This document shows positions 42,956 to 57,690 of a stretch of 64,000 nt of DNA, in pieces. A program made the position numbers and the translations under genes. Numbering within the stretch: the stretch's first letter is position 1; the number at the start of each line of letters is the position of its first letter. Origin of the DNA: the human T2T-CHM13v2.0 reference genome, Homo sapiens; assembly GCF_009914755.1 (NCBI RefSeq), contig NC_060926.1. One strand, written 5' to 3'. Below the pieces are notes generated by a model, which worked only from the letters and a program-made list of their open reading frames with translations, did not search any database and was not told the origin of the DNA.

Positions 42956-45084
42956 ACAGTCAAAAATAGTCTTTTCCTAAATAAAAAAATCAGTGGTTAA
43001 TCCACATGGAACATTGAACCAAACAATTGATTGTTTTCATGTTTGAGATACTATGCAGGAAAGAAGCACTGAGGAACCAGAGGTTTCATGGAATGGCACT
43101 ATTAAGCTTACTAGCTGGGAGATGCCTTGCTATTACACTTATTAGCTGGGAGATGCCTTCAACTTTCCAGAATAATCCAGGGAATAAAAAAGATTTTAAA
43201 ATAAATTTAGAGAAATGGTACAACTTCATTAACTTTTGGAAACCTCACTGTAAAAATGGAACAGAAACACTTTCTTGAGGGTTGCTGTGAAAGTTTTGGG
43301 CCCAGCTTTTGAACTCAGACCAGGGCTTCAAGGGCAGCTCAATGGCTCACTGCCTGCCTGACACTGGGTCTGTGAGTTCAGCTGCCTTGAGTCTCACCTT
43401 CCTCCACTGTCAAATGTCCTCACCTGCCCCACAGCCTCACATGGTTGTGAGGATAAAACACCATGGAGACCAAAACATGCAATCCCAGCGCCTTGTTCTT
43501 AGTGTGGAAGCCACAAATGATCGTCTGTGTTACCCTATGCAAGATAGTTTGCTTTCTCTTATATCCTTCTCAGTATGTTCTCATGAAAAGAAAGTCCAGA
43601 CCAAAATTATCATTGTTGTGTGAGCACAAGTTGTCTTCGTGAGCCTCTGAAATCACAGCTTTTGGATTCCATCTCCTCCATGTAGGCATGCAACGTATCC
43701 AGATGCCAGATTTCAGTATGCAATGCCCATGCCCCTCTTGATACCTTCAAGCAAAGAAATCAGACTGACACGAGATATTACTATCACTATCATTATTATT
43801 ATTATTCACCCTCAAGCAATAGTGATTAATGAAACACAAATAAATCTCACTGATCTCCAAACAGCAATACTTTGAGAACCAGAAGAGTAGCTTCCACTTT
43901 ATTAGGCAGAAAAGTTCCTCTGTTCCTCACTGAGAAATTATAGGCTTTCTGAGACATATTTGACAATCACAAAAAAATAGAACTCCATATTTTAAAAACC
44001 AGATGAACAATATGTAATTTAAGGCATACCTATGTCACAAAAAAAAGTCTTCCACTCACTCATTATGTAATTCACTTTTCGGCACCAGCCCCTGACATAT
44101 GATATGTGAATGATAGATTAAACGGAGCTAGGAATGCACATCCCTGCTTGATTACAAAAGGAATAAAAAACTTCCATGACCCCATTGGATAGAAAGGCCA
44201 TTATTATTTTTAGAAATCCTTTAGTTGAAGAGAGTTTTGCTGGCTTCCCTCAATAAACTTTTAAAAAAATACATCAGGTCCGAAAACTCTTTTAACCCAT
44301 GCTCATCTTGAAACAAGTATTCTCAAGAAAACTCCCTAATTTCTACTCCTCTTCCCCTGGGTAAGCTGCTGGGGTAGTAAAGAGCTGACATTTCTTAACA
44401 TTTTGTGTAGGTATGTAGACAGTAGGTCATGATGCCACTGGTGGGCTTATTGGGGCAAAGAATTACTAAGGGGAGTCATAGACCCTGGGAGTGCACAAAA
44501 CACTGTGAACTGCTGAGGTTGGGCCAAGCAGAGGTGCCCACCTGCCTTGAGCATCCCTTGAGAAAAAGGTCCACGACCTGGCCAGTCAAGCAATGCCAAT
44601 GCTAATTCCGTAAACTCACCAGCCAAGCAATAGCCAATGCTTACAATGGGACCTGTGACCAAGCAGGCATGGGGCAGTGAACACCAAGAGAACAAAACAA
44701 GAGCCCCAAGGAAGTGCATGTCTACCTCCCAACTAACATGAGGACACAGTGAGCTCTGCTGTGCACACAGGCCACATCTCGGGGTGGGTAAGGAGGAGCA
44801 TGGAGTATGAGAGTCTTATCATTAACCTGAAGGAATACATTTTCAACCAAAAGAACACTAATTAAACCAGTGTAAGTTTTCCCACTACCAGGCCAGGTGA
44901 GAGCTCATGGGACAGAATAGGTTGTAGATAAAGAGGCAACATTTGCTTTGTCCATCTGGGCAGTGGCATGTGTGAATATTCAACCTCATCAAATGCATAT
45001 AATATCTGTGTTTCCATTTGCATGAATAAATAAATGTGCATTTGCCACATTTCAGTTGGTCAATCTATAGTGGATCATCACCAT

Positions 45085-45300
45085 TCCTTCGTGATTATCA
45101 ACCGCATGTACCAGACATGGTGCTGCCTTTTATACACAACCTTACCATACTGCAAGTTAGATGGGACTACCCTATTTTACAGATGTGGAAACTGAGACTG
45201 GAGAATTTCAGTGTCACATGCAGGGTCACTCAGCTGGTAAGTGACAAAGTCAAGTTCCCAACCCAAATGTGTCAGACGCCAAGACATGTGTTCCTTTCCT
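45085..45300 (-). mobile_element. MIR remnant
   Basis: ccctattttacagatgtggaaactgagactggag...gggtcactcagctggtaagtgacaaag. Confidence 0.75.
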
Positions 45301-45949
45301 ACGCCTGGCAGAATCTGGAAAGCCACATAGTAGGAAAGAATAGGACAATGGCAATAGAGAAAGGGTGGAAAGAGCCTTCCAGTTTAGGGTGAGCAAAACC
45401 TGGACACCACGGCAGTGACAGAAGATGAAATTAGGAAAAAGACAGGCTCCAGGAAGGTTCTGGTGTGATGAAGCATTGAGGATACATAGGCTGGGGGCAT
45501 TGCAGGGAGTGAGGTTGCCAAAGGAGGCCGGATCCTGCAGACCTGCTTGGTGGCAGGTGGAGAATGGAGGCAATAGACTGCCAAAGGGCCCTGTTTCTCC
45601 AAGTAACAGAAGTTTCTTGCCTCTTGTGACAACTGCAGGGCCAAGCAGCCCTCTACTCATGAGGCAGAAGTGTGTGTCACATCAGCCAACTGCTCCCATA
45701 ACATAATTCCCCTACCTTGTACCTGCAGTGCACATGCTGTCCAGGGGTGGGTCCTCTGGCTGTCAAAGATTATTATTGAGGAATTTCAGCCCAGGCCTTC
45801 CTCACAGAACAGTGTGTCTATGTCTACACTTGCCAAACCTATAAGACTGGCCCACCTTGTGCTCCAATCCTAAGGTACACTCTAGTGTCGAGATAGGAGA
45901 TGAGTCTCAACAGCTAATGGATACCATATGGCCAAATTCCATAAATCTG

Positions 45950-46170
45950 TGTGGTGAAGTCAGGGGTCATCTGCCTGGACAAATCCCAGCTCCACCTCCA
46001 CTTGTTGTGAGACCTTAGGCAAGCCCTTGCTTCCCTAGCTCTTATTTCCTCACTCTAATATTGGAATAATAGCATCTATTTGATAGTGCTCTTTATAAGG
46101 ACCAAGTCAGTTCACTCCTGTAAGACACTCATTCCCAGAAGACACTCATTGCATGTTAGCTATTGTTAAT
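45950..46170 (+). mobile_element. MIR remnant
   Basis: caaatcccagctccac...tgtgagaccttaggcaag...ttagctattgtt. Confidence 0.65.
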
Positions 46171-46289
46171 AAGTTACTCCTTCCAGTAAACACGACATTC
46201 ATGGGAGATAATGTTTCCTTCATAAACAGGAATGAGACTCCCAGTTACTGATGGCAGAATGTGAAGGAAAGTGTGGGTTTCAGTATTTG

Positions 46290-47205
46290 GCAGCACAGGG
46301 TTCCATGCATGCTCCCAAGACTTCAGAGGTATAGGGGCCCCAATGTGCAATGGCAGCCTGGGAGAGAAGCAGGCACTTAACTCCAGCCTGTGAGATCTGC
46401 TACAGCATGAATAGAGAGAGGGTCCCCAGAAGCCTTGGAGACCCAGCCCTTACCCCATTGTGTCCTGAAGGCAGGACATGGAGTCAAAGAAGATAATTCT
46501 CAAGTCTTGAGATTTAGTGTTCTCTTTGTTGGGTTTAGACTAACTTGGTACCTGTTACTCCTTTCTTCTTGCCTATTCTCCTATGTCTGTCCTGTGCCTG
46601 TCCCATGATTGTATTTTGGAATCCCATAACTTGCTTGATTTCAGACTCACAGCTAAAGGGAAATTTGCCTCAGGATGAACCGTGCCTTGAGCCTAACCCA
46701 TATCCAATTTAGATGAGACTCTGGACTTTGAACTTTTGAGTTCATGCTGAAATGCGTGAAGACTTTGGGGGGTGATGGGATAAAACAAATGTATTATGCA
46801 TGTCATGAATTTTGGCAGGTATTTCGGGGCCAGGATTGGAAGGCTTTGGTTTGAATGTGTCCCCTCCAAAATGCAGATGTTGCCAATGTAGTCAGATTAA
46901 GAAGCGGGGCTTTTTAGAGGTGATTAGGCCATAAGGGCTTCTCCCTGGTTAATGGGATTAAGACCTTTATAAAAGAGGCTTCACACAGTGTTCAACTAGT
47001 TTGCCTTCCTATTTTTTAGCATGTGAGACCCAGCATTCATGGAGCCAACCTGGAAGCAGAGAGCAGCCCTCACCAGACACCAAACCTGCCGATGCCTTGA
47101 TTGTGGACTTTCCAGCCTCCAGAACTGTAAGAAATAAATTTCTTTTCTTTATAAATTACCCAGTCTCAGGTATTCTGTTACAGCAGCATGAAATAGACTA
47201 AGACA
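46290..47205 (+). mobile_element. MaLR (MSTC/D-like) internal 3' segment plus 3' LTR (LTR 46842-47205)
   Basis: Internal ggacatggagtcaaagaagat...gatgagactctggactttg; LTR tggtttgaatgtgtcccctccaaaat...ttataaattacccagtctcaggtattctgtta...gactaagaca. Confidence 0.85.
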
Positions 47206-47370
47206 GTGAGGATGTAGAATTTCAATTTGGGTAGGTGAAAAAACTCTGGAGATGAATGGTGATGATAGTTTCAAAAGAATGTAATTATACTTAATTTCAC
47301 TAAATTGTACATTTAAAATGGTTAAAATGGTAAATTTTCTGTTAAGTATGTTTACCACAATTAAAAACAC
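47206..47370 (+). mobile_element. L1M 3' end fragment
   Basis: ctctggagatgaatggtgatgatag...tttaaaatggttaaaatggtaaatttt...taccacaattaaaaa. Confidence 0.75.
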
Positions 47371-48590
47371 CTTCTAAAGTCTTCCCATGGCCAATAAAGC
47401 AAAGCTCAATCTCTCCGGCCAAATGCGCAACTGTTCTCATGGGCTGGGCACATGTGCTAGTCTGGCGTGGTCACTTTCCATTTCCTACCCACAGTTCAGC
47501 TACAGTGAGTTCCCTGGTGTCCCTGGAGTGTACCCTTCTCTCATTTCCGTGCTTTGTGTATGTGCTTCTGTCCACTGGGAATTTCCTTTGCTTGTTTTTT
47601 CCCCTTTGTCTACGCTTACTCTGGGTCACTCAGCTCACATGCCGTGCTCCTCTGGGAAATCTTCTTCGATCCTCAGGATGGATCAGCTTTGCTTTCCTGG
47701 TGCTCCCGCTGCTTTATGAGAGCATTGATAACACTGCAATCTAATCATCCCATAACAATGCAAGGGGGAACACCTATTAGAAAGAAATAAAGCCATATTG
47801 TGTTCACATTTTAATGAGAGGAGAAAATTCCGTCCATAAAAATAGACCCAGAAGTGACATAGACAATATAATTAGTAGACAAAGATGTTAAATCAGTTCT
47901 TATAACTACATTCCACATGCATAAGAAAAAAAGGGACGCGTGAGCATGGTAAGCAGAGATATGGAGCATAAGTAAAGGACTCCAATAACATTCCTAGGTG
48001 CAAAAAAACATAATGTTGGAGATTTAAAATATAATGAATGGGATTAAAAGTACATTATACATTACAGATGAAAAAGGGGTAAACTTGAAAATATAAAAAT
48101 AGAAACGACAAGATGAAAAACAGAGAGAAAAAAGGGATAAAAAATGAAAAGCGAATCAGTGAGTTATGGAAAAACTTCAAGAAACCTAATCTATGTATAA
48201 CTAGAATATGTGAAGAAGATAAAAAGAGAGTAGAAATAGAAAAACACATACTTGATGAAATCATTGCCAAAAATATTCAAAGTTGATAAAAACTAGAAAC
48301 CCACAGATCCTAAAACTCAAGGAACTACAAATACAAGAAATATGAAGAAAACCACACCATAATGCATCATAGTTGAAAATATTAAAACCAGTGATAGAGA
48401 GAAATCTTAAAACCAGCCAGTAAAAAAAGTCTCATTACATACAAAATGGTAAGAATGACAGAAGTCTTCCCATTGGTAAAAATGAACACAAGTTAATAAT
48501 AGTGGGACATCTTTAAGGTACTGAAAGAAAAGAAGTCAACTTACTATTAAAAAAAAAAAACTCGGCAAAAATATCTTTCGAAAACAAAAC

Positions 48591-48889
48591 TGCCTGGGTG
48601 CAGTGGCTCATGCCTATAATCCCCACACTTTGGGAGGCCAAGGTGGGAGGATTGCTTGAGGCCAGGAGTTCAAGATTAGTGTGGGCAACATTGTGAAACC
48701 CCATCTCTACAAAAAAAATAAAATAAAATTAGCCGGGTGTGGTGATGCGTTCCTGTAGTCCCAGCTGCTGGGGAAGCTGAGGCAGGAGGATCATTTGAGC
48801 CCAAAGAGGTCGAGGCTGCAGTGAGCTATGATTGCACCACTGCACTCCAGCCTCAGAGACAGAGCAAGACCCTGTCTCAAGAAAAAAAA
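48591..48889 (+). mobile_element. Alu (AluJ-like)
   Basis: Full dimer; gaaaacaaa flanks both ends. Confidence 0.94.
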
Positions 48890-49320
48890 GAAAACAAAGA
48901 TTTTCATAGGCAAACAAAAGCTGAAAGGATTTATCATTAGCTACCCTGCACTACAAAAAATATTATGGAAAGTCTGTTAGAAAGAAAATGACATCAGATG
49001 AAAAACTCTATGTAAAAGAACAAAGAACTCCAGAAATAATAAATATGTCAGTTAAATATATATATATATATATTCTTCTCATTTTAAAAATATCTTTAGA
49101 ACATAATTGATTGCTTAAAATAAAAATAATAGCAATGTATTGTGAAATGTATAAAATACATAGAAGTAAAATGTATGGCAACAACAGCACAACAGCCAGG
49201 AGGGAAACACAGAAGTATAACATTACAAATTTCTTATATCATGTGGGAAAGGGTGTGATATTACTTATGGGTAAACAGTGATAGGTACAAGATGCTAACT
49301 ATAAATCCCAAAGCAAACAT

Positions 49321-49512
49321 TGCTATGATACACAGATTCTTCAGGTGGCCCCTCAATCCACTCCTCTGAGTGTTCATGCTTTTGCGGGATCCCTTCCTCT
49401 TGAGTGTGGGTTGGACCTGTAACTTCTTTCCATTCAATAGAATATGAGAAAAATGATAGAATGTATGTGATTATGTTATACAATATTGCAACATTCATCT
49501 CGCTAAAGTCTG
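49321..49512 (+). mobile_element. MaLR LTR 5' fragment (MLT1E/F-like)
   Basis: cttgagtgtgggttggacctgtaacttctttc...aatagaatatg. Confidence 0.6.
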
Positions 49513-51528
49513 TCTATAATTTGGAATAAAATAATGGAGTGAATGTTTTCCCACTATATCATAAATAAACAATATCTACTGTTATAACTCCTATTCAACA
49601 TTATAATTAATGCTTTACCCAATACAATACAGCAAGAAAAATAGATGGCATAAGGTTGTAAGGAGGAAAAAAAGCTCCCTCTATTTGCAATTGTTGATTG
49701 CATAGAAAACGATAAAGAATTAACCAAAACAACCACTAGAAGTAATAAGTGAATTTAGCTATGTTGCTCGACACAAGGTCAATATATAAAAATCAATTGC
49801 ATTTCTATGCAATAGCAATGAAAAAATTGGAAATAGAAAATGTTAATGTAATTTATAAATGTATAATAATGCCAAAAAATATGATACTTAGGTATAACTA
49901 TAGCAAAAATGTGAAAGACCTTTATGGTAAAAATTATAGGATACTGGTAAGAGAAATGAAAGATATCCTAATTAAATGTTAAGATATGCCTTGTTCATGG
50001 ATTAGAAGACTTAATATTGTTAAGAATTCATTTCTGTCTAAATTAAAACATATATACAACCCAATTTCAACGAAAATTCTGGCAGAATTTTTAGAAATAG
50101 GAAAAGTGATTCTAAGATTTGTGTGGAAAGGCAAAGGAACTAGAATAGCCAAAACAGATTTTACAAAATAGAACCAACTTTGAGGAATTTTAATAACTGA
50201 TTCAATACTCAGTTATAAAACTACATTAATGAAGACATGGAATACTATCAAAAGGACAGACACAAATGTCAATTGAACAGAATAAAGAGGCTAGAGTTAA
50301 ACCGACATATACGTGATTGTTTTTACAAAGGTGCAAAAGTACTTCCTTGGAAAAAACATAGTCTTTTTCATAAGTGGTTCTAGAACAATCAGTTATTTAC
50401 ATGCAATAAAAAATATCAATCCTTTCCCCAAAGCACATATAAATTGATCAATTGGACTTTATCTGACTTTAAAAGTTAAAAAGACAATTTGCAGATTGGG
50501 AGAAAATAATTACGAATCCCATATCTAATAAAAAACTTGCATACAAATTACACAAAAAGACTTTCAAAACTCAAAAATATGAAAACTAATAGCCCAATTT
50601 TTTAAATGAGAAAAGACATTAATAGACACTTCACCAAAGAAAATATGAGAATGACAAAATAATCATAGAAAAGATGATCATTATTATTAGTTATCAGGGA
50701 AAAGCAAATTAAAATCACAATGAGTATCACTATACACCTCCTAGGAGGAATGTTTTTTTTTTTTTTTTTAACTGAAAATGCCACGTTCTGCTAATGGTGT
50801 AGAATAGCTATAATACATAACACTTTGTTGGTGGGAATGCAAAATGGTAGATATTTGTAAAACAAAGTGCCAGTGTCGTATAAAGTAAAACATAGATTTA
50901 CCATGTGGCTCAGAAATTCTCCTTGGTATTTACCTTAGTGAAATGGAAACTTATATTTGTACAAAAACCTATGCATTCGTGTTTACAGTGGCTTCATTTT
51001 GTAATCCCTCAAACTAGTAAACTCCAATTTTTCTCTAAGAAACTAATAAATACAGTGTGATATGTCCATATAATGAAATACTACACAGCAATCAAATGGA
51101 CATGGAATATCACTGGAGACATGGAAGCTACGAAACAAAACCGAATGAAAATTTTAGAACTAAAATGAGCACTATCTAAAGTGAAAAATGATTGGTTGGG
51201 CTCAACAATACACTGGAAGCAAAAAATTTAAAAAAAAAGAAAGAAAATACAAATTTGCTGATGATTTGAGGGAAATTACCATTTTAAAAAGAGAAGATTG
51301 AACAAAAATAAACAAAGCCTCAGGGACTGTGGGACAACACAGATCATTGGAATTCTAAAAAGAGAGAAAAGAAAATTAAATGATGAAAAGATCTTTAAAG
51401 TCCCAAATTTGGTGAAATCTATCAACTTATAGATCTAATAAATGCAGGAAAATAACCAGCATAATGACTGCAAATAACTCTATATGTAGGCAGAACAGAG
51501 TCAAAATACTGAAAATTAGAGATAAACA

Positions 51529-51853
<325 letters not shown>

Positions 51854-51993
51854 TTAAAAACAGTCAAAGAAAAAAAGGTAATATTATACACAAGAGAACA
51901 ACAAAAGAAATTATGACTCACTGCTTCTCAGAGAAAAATGGAGACCACAATAAAATGGAATGGCAACTTCAAGAGCTGAAAGAAAACTATTAA

Positions 51994-52399
<406 letters not shown>

Positions 52400-52522
52400 T
52401 CTAATAATTAATTCTTAAAAAGAAGACTGTCAGTTTAAAGAAAAAATAGTCTATTGCTGAGTTGAAAGTATACATAATAAAATGCAAGGTATAGGAATGT
52501 AAATGGAATTAAAAAGTGTTAT

Positions 52523-52828
52523 GTTATGGAGGTGGATGGGAAGATGTTGATCAAAGGGCTTGAAGTTTTAGACAGGAGGAATCAGTTTCCAAGATCTATC
52601 ATCCAGCTTGGTGGCCATAGTTAATAATAATGTATTCTATATTTCAAAATTGCTGAAAGAGTAGATTTTAAATGTTCCCACTACATAAACACTGGTATGT
52701 GAGGGGTTGGATATGTTCATTAACTTGATGTACTCCTTCCACAATGTATAAATAAATCAAAACATCACATAGTACCCCATGAATATATATACTAATATTA
52801 TTTGGCAATTAAAATAATTTGTTAAAAA
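52523..52828 (+). mobile_element. Short 5'-truncated L1MA (3'UTR only)
   Basis: atagttaataataatgtattctatatttcaaaattgctgaaagagtagattttaaatgttc...aaacatcacat; aaagtgttat flanks both sides. Confidence 0.85.
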
Positions 52829-54335
52829 GAAAGTGTTATAAGGGTCTTAAGGCTTAAAAATGTATAGTATTAAATCTAAGAAGAGCATAATAAGACTCAA
52901 ATATATACTATAACTCCAAGAATAACCACTCAACAATAGTACAAAAAGTGACAGATGAAACACCATTATAAATGAAAGGTGAAATGTAAACATTATTTAA
53001 AATTAGTATTTGAAAATTTCAAATATGTAAAATTTTTAAAAAATATTTGAAGAAAATATATAATTAACTCAAAGGCAGGGAACAAAAACTCCTATGTAAC
53101 ATATAAAAAGAGACAGCAAGACAGTTTACTTAAACTCAACAATTTAAATAATTACATAAAACATACATGCACTAATCTGACAGCCTACTTCTAAAAACAA
53201 GACATAACTATATACTATCAACAAGAAATAAATGTTAAATATAAAGTAGATGGACTGAAAGTAAAAGAACGGAAAAAAATGTCTTCGTGCAAATAATAAA
53301 CATTAAAAAGCTTGTTTGGCTATATTATCACAAAATGTGTATGTTAAGACACTAATTATTACTGGAGAAAAAAATGTGTTTTAGATTCTTCTTCAAAGAG
53401 TTTACATTTGTTCCTCCAATGACGCATGAATCAAAGAATTCCTAAAAAAAAGAAGTGAGAGAAGGCACTTGAGTAGCTTTCTAACCTATGATAATAAAAG
53501 AGTTAATTCACAAAGAAACGTAAATATACTTAATCTGCTTACATCTAATTACAGGTCTTCAAATCGACAGAATGAAAGGAGAAATAGAAATATCCACAAT
53601 TGTAAATTGGAGAGTTGAGCACTCCTCTCTCAAAAAATGACAGAACAAGTAGATAGAAAATCAATAAAGAACAGAAGATTAAAACAACATGTCAACCAAC
53701 TTGATCATTAGAATGCTACACCTGACAACTGCAGAATGACAATATTTTCAAGTGTACATGAAATGTTTACCAAGTTAAACCATATTATGACATATATAAT
53801 GGCCCCAGTAAATTTCGAAAGATCAAAATCTTAACAGATTTCTCTAACAAGAAAAACTATTATAATAAAAAACTTTATATCAAAAATCACTGTTTAGAAA
53901 ATAAGCAATAAAAATTGTAAATAATTCACATGTCAAAGAAAAAATAGAAAATATTTCAAAAGTGATGGCTAAAACACAACATAATCAAACCATGTGGATT
54001 CCAGGTTAAGCAGTACATAGAAAAAAAGTTATCTTTAAATGATTTCATTATAAACAAGAAAGATTTAAAGTGAGTAACCTAAATTTTCTTATTATAAGCT
54101 AGTGATAAAACAGCAAATGAAACCAAAATTAAATATAAGAAAGGAAATAATGAAAATAAAATCAGAAATCAATGAAATAAGAAACATAATTAAAAGAAGA
54201 TTTTTTAAAACAATTAACAAAATTGATAAACCCGTTACAAGAATGATAAAAAAAAAAAAGAAAAAAGCACAAATTATAAATTTCAGGAATAAAAGAAGAG
54301 ATGTCATTGTATATTCTAAACACCTTAAGAATATA

Positions 54336-54670
54336 GGCCCAGCGCGGTTGCTCACGCCTGTAATCCTAGCACTTTGGGAGGCCGAGGTGAGCGGATTGCC
54401 TGAGTTCAGGAGTTTGAGACCAGCCTGAGCAACATGGGGAAACCTCGTCTCTACTAAAATTAAAAAAAAAAAAAAAAATTAGCTAGGTGTGGTGGCATGC
54501 ACCTGTAGTTCCAGCTACTCGAGAGGCTGAGGCAGAAGAATTGCTTGAACCTGGAGTGGAGGTTGCGGTGAGCCGATATTGCACCACTGCACTCCAGCCT
54601 GGGCAACAGAGTGAGACTCTGTCTCTAAAATAAATAAATAAATAAACAAATAAATGAATAAATAAATAAA
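54336..54670 (+). mobile_element. Alu (AluSx-like) with (TAAA)n tail
   Basis: Full dimer with expanded middle A tract. Confidence 0.95.
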
Positions 54671-55702
54671 GGAATATTAAGTCAATTCTATTTTTTAAAA
54701 TTTGACACCTTTTGAAAAACCCAACTTGCCTCACAAAAGAAGAAATAATATAATTAAATAAGTGCATTTATAAAGCATATAACATATACATATAGACATA
54801 TATAGCATACATATGGCATATACACAGATGTATGACATATACATTGACATAAATAGACACGTTTATTGATAAACTAAATTCATAATAAAAATTTCCAGGC
54901 CCATATTATTTCATTGGTAAATTAGATCAAATGTTTAAGAAGGAAATCACAGAAATTTTACACACACACTTTCAGTAAACAAAAAAGGAAGAACACTTCC
55001 TAAATCCTTTAAGCCAGCATAAATTTACAAAACCTGACACAGTTATTACCCTAACAGCTACAACAAAAAAAGATGACCAATGTCATTCATATACACAGAT
55101 GCAAAAGTTCTTAACAAATAATAGCAAATTAAATCCAACATTATGTAAAAAGAATAACACAATATGATTCATTTGGAGTTACCTCAGGAATGTAAGAAAT
55201 GTCAGGTTGGTTTAACATTCTAAAATTAATCAATGTTATTTTTTACATAGCAGAATAAATGGCAAAAATATAATTATTTTTAAAAATGGAAAAAATCATT
55301 TGATAAAATTCAATACTTTTTTATGATTAAAACTATCAGCAAAGTAGGAGGGAAAGTGACTTTTATAACCTGATAAAGGGCATCTAAACAAAACTCACAG
55401 CTAAAATTAAACTTAATGATGAAAAACCAGATGATTTCCCTGTAAGGTCAGGAACAAAGAAGCACGTCTGTTCTCATCAGATTCAACATTGCACTAGAAG
55501 TCCTACCTTGTGCAATATGGCAGAAAAATAAATGAAGGGCATACCCATTGAAAAGAAGTGAAACTATTTATTAACAGACAAGATGGCTGTGCATGTAAAC
55601 ATCCCAGAGTCAACAACAACTAAAATAAGTCTACTTTGAAAAGTCACAGGATATCAATATGAAAACCTAAAACGCATTTCTACCTGCCATAAGCAAAAAA
55701 TG

Positions 55703-56657
55703 TGTGGTGGCTTTGAACTGTGTCAAATAAGTGAAGCTGATTAAGTGATGGACACCAAACAATTTTGTATGATATGTTAAAGAGGGAAATAAAAGGGTAC
55801 CACTTTTAGACCCAGAAACAGCTGAAGCTATTGTAACTTATTATACATTGCTATTGAACTGCCAGCCTACCTCATAGGAGAGAGCAGCAGCTGGGCCAAA
55901 AGCTCCTCCAGCTTCTGCCCAGTGCCTTCATTCAGCTTATGTGAATCCCGGGCCAGGTCAGTGAGTAGCTACATAGTGAAGGATGTCAGCCTATCCTACA
56001 AGTCACTTGCATCACAAAGGTTGCAGGTGATCTTAATCAACCCAGTCTGTCATAACAAAATATCATACTGGGTGGCTTAAACAATAGAAATTTATTTCTC
56101 ACAATTCTGTAGGCTAGAAGTTCAAGATAAGGGTGCCAGCATGGTCAGTTTCTAGTGAGGATTCTCTTCCCAGCCTTCAGACAGCTGCCTTATTGGTGTT
56201 TCTTCACATGGTGGAGAAAAATCTCACTCTCACTCTTCCTCTTATTAAATGACCACCAATCCTAGGATCCCTCTCTTATGATCTCATTTAAACTTAATTA
56301 TCACCTAAAAACCCTATGTCTAAATACAATTATTGGGGGTTAGGGCTTCAGCATATCAGTTTCTGGTGGATTCAGGGAGGCACAATTCAGTTCATAGCAG
56401 AAGTAATGAGAGACAGACACAGTTCTATTGTGTCATTACAGGTTCTGGTTTGTTCTTAGTTTCTCCCACTCCGTGCCCATCTTCCTTTCCCAACCACTAC
56501 CACATGCTCTCTGTACCAGAAACTGAGGCAACAATCCCAGAGGCTGCTTAATGACCTCTCATAATTGCATAGAGCCTAATAACTATCATTAATCTCTCAT
56601 TCTACATTACTTTCTATATGGTAGTTCTGCTTCTTTGATTAGACCCTGGCTGTTACA
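55703..56657 (+). mobile_element. ERVL solo LTR (LTR40-like), interrupted by MLT1A
   Basis: Begins tgtggtggctttg..tgtgtcaa and ends gttctgcttctttgattagaccctggctgttaca. Confidence 0.7.
56028..56399 (-). mobile_element. MaLR solo LTR (MLT1A-like)
   Basis: ctgggtggcttaaacaatagaaatttatttctcacaattctg...gggggttagggcttca...cacaattcagttcatagca. Confidence 0.88.
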
Positions 56658-57251
56658 TGATGAAATATGAAATTTAAAAATACGTCATTTATAATTTCAT
56701 CAAAACCACGAAACACTTAAAAATAAATTTAATGAAAGAAGACAAGAACTCTATACCAAAAAATACACAACATTGGTAAAGGATATTAAAGAAGTCCTAG
56801 ATAAATGGAGAGGTCATGGATTAGAAGACTAGACTGAATATAGCTAAGATGTCAATTCCCCACAGATTGATAGAGATTTCATGCAATTCCAATCAAAATC
56901 TTTATAAGTTGTTTTATTGAAGTTAACAGCTGACTCTAAAATTTATTTAGAAAAGTAAAAGACCTAGAAGAAACAAAACAATCTTGGAAAAAATAGACAA
57001 GGCTGTACGATTCCCACTTACTGAATTTAAAACTTCCTGTAAAGTTTCAACAATATGACAGTATGGTATTGATACAAGGATCATCAATATCATCAATGAA
57101 ATAGGAGAGTTTAGGAAAAAAAATATATATGATTAACCAATATTTCACAAAGGTGCCAAGGTATTGGAACAACTATATATCCACATCAAAAAAATATTAA
57201 GCTGACCCCTACCTTACACTTTACACAAAAATTTATATAAGAAATATCATA

Positions 57252-57566
<315 letters not shown>

Positions 57567-57690
57567 CTAAATGCAAATATAAAAAGTCTGAAACTTCTGA
57601 AAGAAAAAAATAGGAGAATGTTTTCCATGACCTTGAACTAAACAAGAATTTTTTAGAGAGAACACAAAAACACAAACTATATAAAAGGAG

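Larger units (their letters stand above)
47810..51105 (+). mobile_element. Old L1 (ORF1 remnant, internally deleted ORF2, partial 3'UTR)
   Basis: ORFs 49749-49982 and 49986-50171 are ORF2-like (MPCSWIRRLNIVKN...ILRFVWKGKGTRIAKT). Confidence 0.8.

Noticed and set aside
41262-42995. Possible L1PA TSD (aaaaaccagcg / aaaaatcagtg) and short 3' transduction
   Set aside because: The match is short, A-rich and has two mismatches; it cannot be distinguished from a decayed tail.
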